This document shows, piece after piece, positions 27,831 through 35,452 of a stretch of 38,984 nt of DNA. Each line of letters begins with the position of its first letter. The first letter of the stretch is position 1. The translations under genes and the position numbers were made by a program. The DNA is from a virus. Lineage: Duplodnaviria > Caudoviricetes. The notes under the pieces were generated by a model, which worked only from the letters and a program-made list of their open reading frames with translations, searched no databases and had not been told where the DNA came from. Location: positions 1-38,984 of the IMG/VR virus record IMGVR_UViG_3300033076_001434. The stretch is one strand, 5' to 3'.

Positions 27831-27989
27831 ATGTTATTTGGATTTTATAATAAAAACGATAAAAATGAGGAAATTATTAGTAGAACAATTTCCACATCAA
27901 GATTAAACGCAGCTAAATACTTTGCTGCTCGTAAACAACTAGAATTAAAACCATTTTTAAAAATATTTGGAATTAAAACAATTATATGA
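27831..27989 (+). CDS. Small hypothetical protein, 52 aa (not in ORF track)
   Basis: MLFGFYNKNDKNEEII...; fills the gap, ATGA overlap with the next ORF. Confidence 0.65.
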   Translation: MLFGFYNKNDKNEEIISRTISTSRLNAAKYFAARKQLELKPFLKIFGIKTII

Positions 27990-28369
27990 ATTTGAAAAAC
28001 TTTGGTAAAAATTTAAACTTAAAACAAAAACAACCTGCTTCAAATAATACTAAGCAATTTTTTATTGACGTTGTAACTTTATTTGATGGAATTAATGAAC
28101 GTTCATTAGAAATGGATAGTTTTGGTATTAATATGGAAACCTATGATGATGGGTTTTATATCTTAATTGAAAACTTAATACTAAAAATATACGGTGAATG
28201 GAAAACTGAGTTAATTTTATGGTATGTTTATGATCGTATCAATGAAAATGAAGAATTAATGCCTTTAAGTTTACAAGAAGAAGGTGAAGAGGAAGAAGAA
28301 ATATTTATTGAAACACCTGAACAACTTTGGGACTTAATTAAAAAAATAGAAAAAAAATCAAAAAAATAA
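27986..28369 (+). CDS. Hypothetical acidic protein
   Basis: 127 aa ORF. Confidence 0.75.
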   Translation: MNLKNFGKNLNLKQKQPASNNTKQFFIDVVTLFDGINERSLEMDSFGINMETYDDGFYILIENLILKIYGEWKTELILWYVYDRINENEELMPLSLQEEGEEEEEIFIETPEQLWDLIKKIEKKSKK

Positions 28370-28388
28370 AAGTTATATATTTAGAGTT

Positions 28389-28691
28389 ATGAATTGCGTT
28401 AAATGTGGGGAAATAATCCCTGAAGGTAGATTAAAAGCACTACCAGGAACTAAAACTTGTGTAAACTGTTCAGGTACAAAGAAAAAAGGTACTGTAACTT
28501 TAATGAAAGGGGAAGGTGATCATACTTGGATAGAAACTATTCATCTAGATCATGCTGAATATGTTAAATATATAGAAGAAGAAAATAAACTACGTAAACA
28601 AGGAAATAAATTGTTTGATGATAGTGATAGTTCATCTGATGTACCTTATGGTTTTAGTGAGAAAAAGATAGGTAAAAAAGAGGAAGAATAA
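28389..28691 (+). CDS. TraR/DksA-type C4 zinc-finger protein
   Basis: CVKCGEIIPEGRLKALPGTKTCVNC matches the DksA C4 finger consensus. Confidence 0.8.
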   Translation: MNCVKCGEIIPEGRLKALPGTKTCVNCSGTKKKGTVTLMKGEGDHTWIETIHLDHAEYVKYIEEENKLRKQGNKLFDDSDSSSDVPYGFSEKKIGKKEEE

Positions 28692-29338
28692 TGCCTTCAG
28701 CTAAACCGTTATCAAAAGAAGTCATAGTTAATGCGATGGACAAAACCAAGTCCGTCAGGGGAGCAGCTAGGTATTTAAACTGTTCTTATCAACATCTTAA
28801 AAAATGGATGAAATTGTATAAGGATGAAGCCTCAGGTAAAACATTATTTGAATTACATAAAAACCAATCAGGTAAAGGTGTACCTAAATTTTTAAGTCAT
28901 GCTCCATTTGGTAGAAAAGAACCTGCTATTTTAGATATTATTAATGGTGTAGTTGATCCTTCTAATTTTAATCCTCAAAAAATTAAATATAGAATGATTG
29001 AAGGAGGTCATCTAAAAGAAGAATGTTATCGTTGTGGGTTTAATGAACGTCGAGTATTAGACTATAAAATACCTTTACTGATGCATTTTAGAAATGGTAA
29101 CAAACAAAACTATACTCTTGAAAATGTAGAAATGTTATGCTATAATTGTTACTACTTATCTGTTGGAGATTTATATACTGGTAAACAAATTGAAGGTATT
29201 GAAGATCATAAACCAATCAATAATGCTCAAGTGGATTGGGAAGTAGATGATTACACTCAACAACGTTTAAAAGAATTAGGGTTGTATGATTCAAAACCTA
29301 AAGATGATGATCCATATAGTTTGGTATCTAAACTTTAA
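28691..29338 (+). CDS. HTH plus degenerate HNH zinc-finger protein
   Basis: SVRGAARYLNCSY HTH; CYRC...HFRNGNKQN...EN...LCYNC. Confidence 0.65.
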   Translation: MPSAKPLSKEVIVNAMDKTKSVRGAARYLNCSYQHLKKWMKLYKDEASGKTLFELHKNQSGKGVPKFLSHAPFGRKEPAILDIINGVVDPSNFNPQKIKYRMIEGGHLKEECYRCGFNERRVLDYKIPLLMHFRNGNKQNYTLENVEMLCYNCYYLSVGDLYTGKQIEGIEDHKPINNAQVDWEVDDYTQQRLKELGLYDSKPKDDDPYSLVSKL

Positions 29339-29349
29339 ATATTTATATT
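29321..29349 (+). promoter_or_regulatory. Class I promoter overlapping a class II motif (ATATTTAT 29339)
   Basis: TTGG 29321, TATATT 29344. Confidence 0.55.
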
Positions 29350-29350
29350 A

Positions 29351-29506
29351 GTGAAAAAGAAAAAACATGATAAATTAGTTAAGGATTATGAGAAACAAAA
29401 GGAAAAACACCTTGAAAAACTTGCAACCCAAAAACTAAAAACTCAAGATAAAGCTGACCACTTACGAACAAAATATATTAATACAGACTTTTTAAAATTA
29501 TTTTAA
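29351..29506 (+). CDS. Small basic hypothetical protein, 51 aa (GTG start; not in ORF track)
   Basis: MKKKKHDKLVKDYEKQ...DFLKLF; fills the gap. Confidence 0.55.
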   Translation: MKKKKHDKLVKDYEKQKEKHLEKLATQKLKTQDKADHLRTKYINTDFLKLF

Positions 29507-29508
29507 TT

Positions 29509-29820
29509 ATGGCAGGAGAAATAACAGTTAACAACTCTGATGAATTTCAAGAGATGGTTGACAATAAGGATTTTAGAATAGCTAAAGCGATTGTTGAATC
29601 TATTTTAGAAAACTTAAATACAAAAAAGAAAAATGTACATATACTATCTGTAGCATGTGTTGAAGATCAAGCAATATATGATTTAACTTTAGATAGGAAA
29701 TTCTTTGTAGATACATTAGAGGAAAATCTAAAATACTTTATTGAACAAGAACGATATGAGGAATGTCAAAAAATAGTTGAAGCTATAAATAAATTAAAAG
29801 ATAAAACTTCTTCAAAATAG
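29509..29820 (+). CDS. Hypothetical protein with C-terminal UVR-like helix pair
   Basis: IEQERYEECQKI. Confidence 0.7.
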   Translation: MAGEITVNNSDEFQEMVDNKDFRIAKAIVESILENLNTKKKNVHILSVACVEDQAIYDLTLDRKFFVDTLEENLKYFIEQERYEECQKIVEAINKLKDKTSSK

Positions 29821-29821
29821 T

Positions 29822-29850
29822 TTGGTAACTCAAATTTTTGTCATTATATT
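29822..29850 (+). promoter_or_regulatory. Class I promoter
   Basis: TTGG 29822, TATATT 29845. Confidence 0.65.
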
Positions 29851-29876
29851 AATAATAACAAAAAAAAAAATAAGTT

Positions 29877-30194
29877 ATGAAAAATTTAATCACGGATGAA
29901 TTCAAAGAAAAATTCAAACTAGCGTTTACTCGCTTTATGAACATCATCATTGTTACTTCAACTTTGATTGCAGGTTTTGGTCTAGGTTATTACTTCCAAG
30001 AACTAAAAGTAAAACCAAAAGCAGTCAATGAAACAATCCTAAATAAAGAAGTTAGAATCGCTATCGATTCAGAAAACAAACTAATTATAATGGATCGTAA
30101 AACAGGACAATACACTATCTATAGTGATTCTGTTGGAAGTACAATTTTTAAAATGTATGCTTCTAAAATTGCAAGTCCAGTAATAACTAAATAA
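29877..30194 (+). CDS. Single-pass membrane protein
   Basis: IIIVTSTLIAGFGLGYYF transmembrane segment. Confidence 0.75.
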   Translation: MKNLITDEFKEKFKLAFTRFMNIIIVTSTLIAGFGLGYYFQELKVKPKAVNETILNKEVRIAIDSENKLIIMDRKTGQYTIYSDSVGSTIFKMYASKIASPVITK

Positions 30195-30196
30195 TT

Positions 30197-30730
30197 ATGA
30201 GTATTTTTGCTAAATTAAAACATTGGTATTTGATTATAATCTTAGGTGTTATAGGGGTAATGTACTATAATGTTAACCAAAGATTAGATTATTTTGAAGA
30301 ACGTTTAGATTTAGCTGCAGGAACAACATCACTCCAAATGTATGAATCAATTGAACACTGGAGTGATAGTTTCCAAGTACCAAAACATATTGCTTATAAT
30401 GTTGCTTATCTAGAAACTCGCTATCAAGGTCCGTTTGATTTTGATTATGAACATCGTAAAACATCATCAGCAGGCGCTGTTGGGCCAATGCAAATTATTA
30501 CAAGATGGGCTCATAAATACGCTGGTAGACGTGTTACTGAAAAAGAATTACGTACCAATATTGATCTGAATGTAATGGTTAGTATGAAAATGCTTAGGGC
30601 TAGATATAATTCTACTGGTGATTGGGCTAAGGCTTGTGGTGGTTATAATACAGGAAGGCCTATTATAAACGATTACGCTCAATTTGCTGTTTCTAATAAA
30701 GATTATAAAAGCAAATGGGAAAGACTTTAA
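30197..30730 (+). CDS. Membrane-anchored lytic transglycosylase (SLT domain)
   Basis: N-terminal TM; catalytic ET, SSAGAVGPMQI, N, YNTG. Confidence 0.85.
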   Translation: MSIFAKLKHWYLIIILGVIGVMYYNVNQRLDYFEERLDLAAGTTSLQMYESIEHWSDSFQVPKHIAYNVAYLETRYQGPFDFDYEHRKTSSAGAVGPMQIITRWAHKYAGRRVTEKELRTNIDLNVMVSMKMLRARYNSTGDWAKACGGYNTGRPIINDYAQFAVSNKDYKSKWERL

Positions 30731-30754
30731 CACTAAAGCCATGTATTTATCAGC

Positions 30755-30907
30755 ATGGCGACAAAGAAAAAATCCACATCAATTAGTGCTTCTTCACTAT
30801 ACAAAGAAAAACCTAAAAGAAGAAGACCAGGTATTCATGCAAAAACTAAAACAAGTAAATCAAAAAATGCTACTAACTATAAAAAGTTAAGTGTAGGGCA
30901 AGGGTAA
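30755..30907 (+). CDS. Small highly basic protein, 50 aa, ending GQG (replaces track ORF 30684..30890)
   Basis: MATKKKSTS...KPKRRRPGIHAK...YKKLSVGQG; GTATTTAT 4 nt upstream. Confidence 0.65.
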   Translation: MATKKKSTSISASSLYKEKPKRRRPGIHAKTKTSKSKNATNYKKLSVGQG

Positions 30908-30912
30908 GAATT

Positions 30913-31047
30913 ATGAAAACAGTTACTAAAAAATATGTTCCTCATTCTTTACCTAAGCGTTATAAAAAAAGTAGAGTAAATGGTAAAAAATTTAATAAAC
31001 GTATAAAAGAAAATAACGAAGTTTTAAACAAAGCAAAAAATTTATGA
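30913..31047 (+). CDS. Small basic protein, 44 aa (not in track)
   Basis: MKTVTKKYVPHSLPKRYKK...; ATGA coupling. Confidence 0.55.
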   Translation: MKTVTKKYVPHSLPKRYKKSRVNGKKFNKRIKENNEVLNKAKNL

Positions 31048-31175
31048 GTAAAACAAGTAATCTACAAAAACTAGAAGTTTTGAAAGTATGGTTAGATGAC
31101 CTTAAAAAGAACTACAAAGTAAGAAAACAACAACAAAGAAAAGCATCTAAATGGATTGAAGAATTAGATGATTAA
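31044..31175 (+). CDS. Small protein, 43 aa (not in track)
   Basis: MSKTSNLQKLEVLKVWLDD...; coupled to neighbours. Confidence 0.55.
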   Translation: MSKTSNLQKLEVLKVWLDDLKKNYKVRKQQQRKASKWIEELDD

Positions 31176-31311
31176 TGGGTCTGTTATTGAGTTTTTTGAG
31201 CGAATGCCTGATGATATTTTAGCTAAAATAGCTATAAACGATTGGAAGGCGTTAGAACGATTATGTGTAGCTCTTACCTTAGATATACAATTATTTAATG
31301 AAGGACTATAA
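31168..31311 (+). CDS. Small protein, 47 aa (not in track)
   Basis: MINGSVIEFFERMPDD...; ends just before the hairpin. Confidence 0.55.
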   Translation: MINGSVIEFFERMPDDILAKIAINDWKALERLCVALTLDIQLFNEGL

Positions 31312-31314
31312 TTA

Positions 31315-31354
31315 AAAAGAGGGGTTTGGCTTTCCAAACCCCTTTTATTATATT
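31315..31354 (+). repeat. 40-bp terminator/promoter cassette, copy 1
   Basis: AAAAGAGGGGTTTGG-cttt-CCAAACCCC-TTTTATTATATT; TTGG 31326, TATATT 31349. Confidence 0.8.
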
Positions 31355-31378
31355 TATAGCATAATAAAAATTAAGGTT

Positions 31379-31852
31379 ATGGCATTACATCAAATAATTG
31401 AAAAACACAAAGTAAATATTTTAGGTCAAGAAATTACTTATACTAATAAATTTATTAAATACACTGAAAAAACTAGTTATGGTTTTAAACCAAGTTCTAG
31501 TTTAGTTAGTTATGCTAGTAGATTATTTAGGTATGAATATAATCATCCAACTATACCACCAGCATTATTTATATCATCTGCTAGTGGTAAAAAATATATT
31601 GTTCCTATTTGGAAAGAAGTTCATCCAAATACTACTTTAAATGATATTGAATGGATTAAACCCGTTAAAATAGAAGCTCCAATTGAAAAAGAAACTTGGA
31701 AGTTTGAATCATCTAGTGAAAAAGGTTTATTTTATAAAGTTACTAAACAAGGAGATCAACTTAAATGTAATTGTAGTGGTTTCTTTAGAGCTAAAGATAG
31801 AAACAAAGGTTGTAAACATGTTCAAGAAGTTAGAAAACAATTAAGCAAATGA
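31379..31852 (+). CDS. SWIM zinc-finger protein
   Basis: SS....YKV...CNC.GF......CKH. Confidence 0.8.
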   Translation: MALHQIIEKHKVNILGQEITYTNKFIKYTEKTSYGFKPSSSLVSYASRLFRYEYNHPTIPPALFISSASGKKYIVPIWKEVHPNTTLNDIEWIKPVKIEAPIEKETWKFESSSEKGLFYKVTKQGDQLKCNCSGFFRAKDRNKGCKHVQEVRKQLSK

Positions 31853-32067
31853 TAGTTAATAAACGTCCTAAAAAAAGTAAAATCGAAATTGATTTGCGAG
31901 GTCCTGATGGTAATGCTTTTATGTTATTAAGTATTGCTAAGGATTTAGCTAATAAATTAGGTAAGGATTGGAATTTAATTCATGCTGAAATGACTAGTGC
32001 TGATTATGAGTGGTTGCTTCAAGTTATGGATTATCATTTTGGAGACTTAATTATAATGTATAGATAA
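31849..32067 (+). CDS. Hypothetical phage protein
   Basis: IDLRGPDGNAF...M.S.DY..L. Confidence 0.75.
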   Translation: MIVNKRPKKSKIEIDLRGPDGNAFMLLSIAKDLANKLGKDWNLIHAEMTSADYEWLLQVMDYHFGDLIIMYR

Positions 32068-32291
32068 TGGCTAGAGGAAAATTATACGTGGATGATCCAG
32101 TTGTAGTTGTATTTAAAACATCTAACAGGTCAAACGCTCAAACAAAAATGAAAGTATTCAATAACCGTAATGTTGATGAAGTAATCAATCCAAAAACTAA
32201 ACTACCAGGCATACCAGAAACAGCAGTATGGCTTGAAGTAGGTATTGGAGAAACTTTTATTGAAAAATGGAAATCTAAATATAAATTATAA
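32067..32291 (+). CDS. Hypothetical protein
   Basis: 74 aa, TAATG coupling. Confidence 0.7.
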   Translation: MARGKLYVDDPVVVVFKTSNRSNAQTKMKVFNNRNVDEVINPKTKLPGIPETAVWLEVGIGETFIEKWKSKYKL

Positions 32292-32307
32292 TATTTATAA
32301 TAAAATT

Positions 32308-32985
32308 ATGGCAACTAGAGGACAAATTGCTTATTTAGCAGACCCCAACACAATTAATACTATTTATATCCATTATGATGCTTATCCTGAAGCATTAGGT
32401 AAAACATTAAATACTATCTTCAATTCAGAAAGTGATGCTGAGAGTTTAGTAATGGATGGTGAAGATATTAGATTCATAGATGATGATGGAACAGTAGATC
32501 GTTTTGATAAAGGTGGGTATAAAGTAGTTAAAGGCGAGGAACCAGAAGAATTATTTAGCAATTTATATTCACATGCTGACAGAGCCGCTGCTGATTATGT
32601 TTATGTTTGGTTAGAAGATAAATGGGTTACTCTTAAAGTAAGTAAAGGTAGAGAATATTTTGTAGGTACTTTATTAGACCAAACTAGAAAAATGGAACCA
32701 ACTATAGAAGAAGGTATGTCTGAGGGTGATGAGGATGTTTTAGGTGACTGGATTAGTGATATGTTAAAATACAAATCATATGATGAAGTAGTTAAAACAG
32801 TTAAAAAAGCATTACGTGATGCTTTAATGGATGATGAGTTAGTAGCTAAAATTAAAGCCAATAAAAAGGAAAAAGAAGCACCTGAAATTCCAGGATTCGA
32901 AGGTACTAAAGCAGCATTAGATGATTTATTTGAAGAAGAATATTTCATCAATAGAATGAAACATAGAGCAGGAATAATTAAATAA
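32308..32985 (+). CDS. Hypothetical acidic protein (start revised to 32308)
   Basis: MATRGQI...IYIHYDAYP...G..L; ATATTTATA at 32291. Confidence 0.75.
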   Translation: MATRGQIAYLADPNTINTIYIHYDAYPEALGKTLNTIFNSESDAESLVMDGEDIRFIDDDGTVDRFDKGGYKVVKGEEPEELFSNLYSHADRAAADYVYVWLEDKWVTLKVSKGREYFVGTLLDQTRKMEPTIEEGMSEGDEDVLGDWISDMLKYKSYDEVVKTVKKALRDALMDDELVAKIKANKKEKEAPEIPGFEGTKAALDDLFEEEYFINRMKHRAGIIK

Positions 32986-33004
32986 TAAAAAACAAATTAT
33001 AGTG

Positions 33005-33044
33005 AAAAGAGGGGTTTGGCTTTGTCAAACCCCTTTATTATATT
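33005..33044 (+). repeat. 40-bp terminator/promoter cassette, copy 2
   Basis: AAAAGAGGGGTTTGGC-ttt-GTCAAACCCC-TTTATTATATT; TTGG 33016, TATATT 33039. Confidence 0.8.
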
Positions 33045-33050
33045 AACGAT

Positions 33051-33197
33051 ATGATGAAACAGGAAGATAAATTTAACGGTTTAAGTAGAGGACAGGTTAA
33101 ACAAATTATTCGCCGTAACATGATTACCAAAGTAAAAGCAAGTAAAAAAGTTTACGACCGTAAGAAAGAAAAAAGGGGTTTGGCTTTCAACGATTAA
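33051..33197 (+). CDS. Small basic protein, 48 aa (not in track)
   Basis: MMKQEDK...KVKASKKVYDRKKEKRG; ATG 12 nt after the start of TATATT. Confidence 0.6.
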   Translation: MMKQEDKFNGLSRGQVKQIIRRNMITKVKASKKVYDRKKEKRGLAFND

Positions 33198-33208
33198 TTT
33201 GTTATATT
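33171..33208 (+). promoter_or_regulatory. Class I promoter; left arm of the cassette without the right stem
   Basis: AAAAGGGGTTTGGCTTT, TTGG 33180, TATATT 33203. Confidence 0.7.
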
Positions 33209-33225
33209 TAAGTATAATAAAGGTT

Positions 33226-33396
33226 ATGATTAATTACGAAAACGTTAAAAAAGCAGTTGAGTTACAAAAAGAAGCTAATGCTCAAATTAATTTGTTTGGC
33301 CGTGCTAGTGAGGTTGTTGTAGATGAAATGTTAGAATTAGTTAATGATTTTAACAGTTTCGAAGAAGATATGTTTGTTGAATTAATGAATAAATAA
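33226..33396 (+). CDS. Hypothetical protein (start revised to 33226)
   Basis: AAGGTTATG start downstream of the promoter. Confidence 0.65.
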   Translation: MINYENVKKAVELQKEANAQINLFGRASEVVVDEMLELVNDFNSFEEDMFVELMNK

Positions 33397-33404
33397 TAAA
33401 GGTT

Positions 33405-33548
33405 ATGAAAATGGATTGGAAAAAAATGGGTTTTAAAAGCGAAAAAGAATATAACAATTTCTTAAAAACAAAAATGGATGGGTTGTTAGATAAAATTAAA
33501 AACGATCCTAAATTGTTAAATGTATTTAAAAGATTAAATAATAAATAA
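33405..33548 (+). CDS. Small protein, 47 aa (not in track)
   Basis: AAGGTTATG start; MKMDWKKMGF...VFKRLNNK. Confidence 0.6.
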   Translation: MKMDWKKMGFKSEKEYNNFLKTKMDGLLDKIKNDPKLLNVFKRLNNK

Positions 33549-33553
33549 AAGTT

Positions 33554-33745
33554 ATGATAGACTACACATTTGAAGAAACATTAGGTAAAACAGTATTCCT
33601 TAAACTAGATGAAGATGAGGATGAGGATAGAACCACTGAGTATTTTATAGTGAATAGTATTGATGATTATCATGAATTAGAAAAAATTATTTATGATTAT
33701 CACAAACAAGGTATTTTAGACGAGTATTTCATTTATCAAGATTAA
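33554..33745 (+). CDS. Hypothetical acidic protein
   Basis: 63 aa, AAGTTATG start. Confidence 0.65.
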   Translation: MIDYTFEETLGKTVFLKLDEDEDEDRTTEYFIVNSIDDYHELEKIIYDYHKQGILDEYFIYQD

Positions 33746-33748
33746 GTT

Positions 33749-33976
33749 ATGAAGAAAACAAATATAATTACTCCAATGTGGCAAAATTGCCAAGCGGTTC
33801 TTAAAACAGGTGATTTGGAACTAGCAGATAATAAACTAATGGAATTGGTTTGGAAACTAGCTGATTACACTATGTTAGGTTATAAAGATGCTGATAAGAT
33901 TGAAGGTACAAAATTGGAAGTATGGAAAGAGAGAGTATGGTACGCTATTGAAAATGCTGGTTTGTTACCTGAATAA
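33749..33976 (+). CDS. Hypothetical protein
   Basis: 75 aa, TAAGTTATG junction. Confidence 0.7.
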   Translation: MKKTNIITPMWQNCQAVLKTGDLELADNKLMELVWKLADYTMLGYKDADKIEGTKLEVWKERVWYAIENAGLLPE

Positions 33977-33990
33977 AGGATCATTATATT
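33962..33990 (+). promoter_or_regulatory. Class I promoter variant (TTGT)
   Basis: TTG 33962, TATATT 33985, ATG 33997. Confidence 0.55.
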
Positions 33991-33996
33991 TAAGTT

Positions 33997-34311
33997 ATGA
34001 GTGAAAAAAGAGGCCAAACTGAGACCTTAAAATATGACTTTAATACTGTTATTGAAAGTCAAGTACAACTACAAAATGGTAAATGGTATAGAGTTACTTG
34101 TAGAGAGTTTAGGAGTTTTAATGGCCCAAGACGTTTTGTAAGATATAATAATGGTGAACCAAGTTATGAAGAGTACAACGCTCCTTTATATTATTGGAAT
34201 ACTAATATTAGATGTAAAAAACCGGAGGGGTTTGGTACTCAATACATTCATACAATGAAGCGTGAAGTTCAATTAAGACCACATGAACGTCATTATCTAG
34301 ATGAAAAATAA
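33997..34311 (+). CDS. Hypothetical protein
   Basis: 104 aa; WYRVTCREFRSFNGPRR. Confidence 0.75.
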   Translation: MSEKRGQTETLKYDFNTVIESQVQLQNGKWYRVTCREFRSFNGPRRFVRYNNGEPSYEEYNAPLYYWNTNIRCKKPEGFGTQYIHTMKREVQLRPHERHYLDEK

Positions 34312-34325
34312 GTATATTTATATCT

Positions 34326-34514
34326 ATGACTAATGAGGAACTAATTGAAGAATTATATCACAAAGCATATGCTAAAGGATTTTTTAATGAATTACATGAT
34401 AAAGTAAAAGAATTAAAACAAATGGGAGACATAAGGTGCGAACATAGATTAGTTCAACATGCATATAGTGAACTTAAAAAAACTAAGCTTGCTTGCCCTA
34501 CCACACACCTTTAA
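34326..34514 (+). CDS. Hypothetical protein
   Basis: 62 aa; ATATTTAT 4 nt upstream. Confidence 0.65.
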   Translation: MTNEELIEELYHKAYAKGFFNELHDKVKELKQMGDIRCEHRLVQHAYSELKKTKLACPTTHL

Positions 34515-34566
34515 TACGTATATACGATTTAAAAGTATTTAAATTTACAAATATAAAATATAAGTT

Positions 34567-35271
34567 ATGAAACGAACAACACAAGCAGTCCTATTATTGA
34601 TTATACTATTGGTAGCAGGCTTTATCATTACGGTTATGGCTTGGTCCAAACCCACACTAACAGACCCAATGGCCGTGGGTGAAATGGCACTACAAGACAC
34701 TATAGTCAAAGACACCTTGCCTCTCGTGATTAGCGTTAGGGGTAAAAAATCATTGTTTATAGGCGACTCACATACGGCAGCCGATTATGGTTGGCAATAC
34801 CAAGTATGTAAAAAAACAGGTATGCAAATGTTTAATACAGCAGTAGGAGGTAAACAAACGTATTGGATGCTAGAGACAGCAAGAATGAATATGTCCTCAA
34901 ACTATGATTACTGTTTTATATATGGAGGAGCAAATGATATGGCAGGCAACAGGCCGCCTATGAGATCAGTTAAAAACATACAACGCATAGTTGATTTATG
35001 TAAAATACATAATGTTAAAGCAGTTGTGATAACTGGATTTGATCCTATAACTTGTGTGAATGTGGCTGGAAGAGATATATACAAAGGGTATCCGCAGCGT
35101 TATGCTAGGTTTCAACAAATGTTGATTGATTCAATTCAGGGGGCTACAGTAGTAAAAACACACTGTATATCCAGAACCGACTGTGGAGATTTTCTTTGCC
35201 ACATGACGGCAAGTGGGCATAAAAAGATGGCAGAGAAGGTGATTGAGAGTTTGGCCTTTAAGAAAATTTAA
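34567..35271 (+). CDS. Exported SGNH/GDSL hydrolase (esterase)
   Basis: N-terminal hydrophobic helix; block I FIGDSHT, block II AVGG, block III GGAND, block V DFLCH..GH. Confidence 0.88.
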   Translation: MKRTTQAVLLLIILLVAGFIITVMAWSKPTLTDPMAVGEMALQDTIVKDTLPLVISVRGKKSLFIGDSHTAADYGWQYQVCKKTGMQMFNTAVGGKQTYWMLETARMNMSSNYDYCFIYGGANDMAGNRPPMRSVKNIQRIVDLCKIHNVKAVVITGFDPITCVNVAGRDIYKGYPQRYARFQQMLIDSIQGATVVKTHCISRTDCGDFLCHMTASGHKKMAEKVIESLAFKKI

Positions 35272-35279
35272 GTTATATT
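35251..35279 (+). promoter_or_regulatory. Class I promoter for the small-gene array
   Basis: TTGG 35251, TATATT 35274. Confidence 0.65.
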
Positions 35280-35305
35280 TATAGAGTAATAAGAAATAAT
35301 AGGTT

Positions 35306-35449
35306 ATGAGTGAAATTGAAAAATTGATTTTAGAAAACCAAATGGTTATTATGAGTTCATTAAAAGAGATTAATGAATTATCTAATGCTCAAAAAAGTTA
35401 TTTAGATGTTCAAATAAAAAAAGTATTTGAAAAATTAATTAATAAATAA
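35306..35449 (+). CDS. Small protein, 47 aa (not in track)
   Basis: AGGTTATG start, TAAGTTATG junction at the end. Confidence 0.6.
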   Translation: MSEIEKLILENQMVIMSSLKEINELSNAQKSYLDVQIKKVFEKLINK

Positions 35450-35452
35450 GTT

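Noticed and set aside
29860-29870. A11 tract as a phase-variation switch
   Set aside because: It lies downstream of the promoter boxes in an A-rich leader, so length change would alter neither spacing nor frame; it may also be a homopolymer artefact
30684-30890. Track ORF of 68 aa
   Set aside because: Overlaps the SLT gene; the alternative frame 30755..30907 has an ATG, an upstream motif and better packing
2202-32951. Minus-strand ORFs in the track (2202, 7322, 8531, 15171, 26280, 30273, 30548, 32601)
   Set aside because: All are antisense shadows of well-supported plus-strand genes and have no motifs
31315-33208. Repeats as CRISPR repeats or IS/att ends
   Set aside because: Spacing is irregular and gene-sized, no transposase or integrase is present, and promoter/terminator structure explains them
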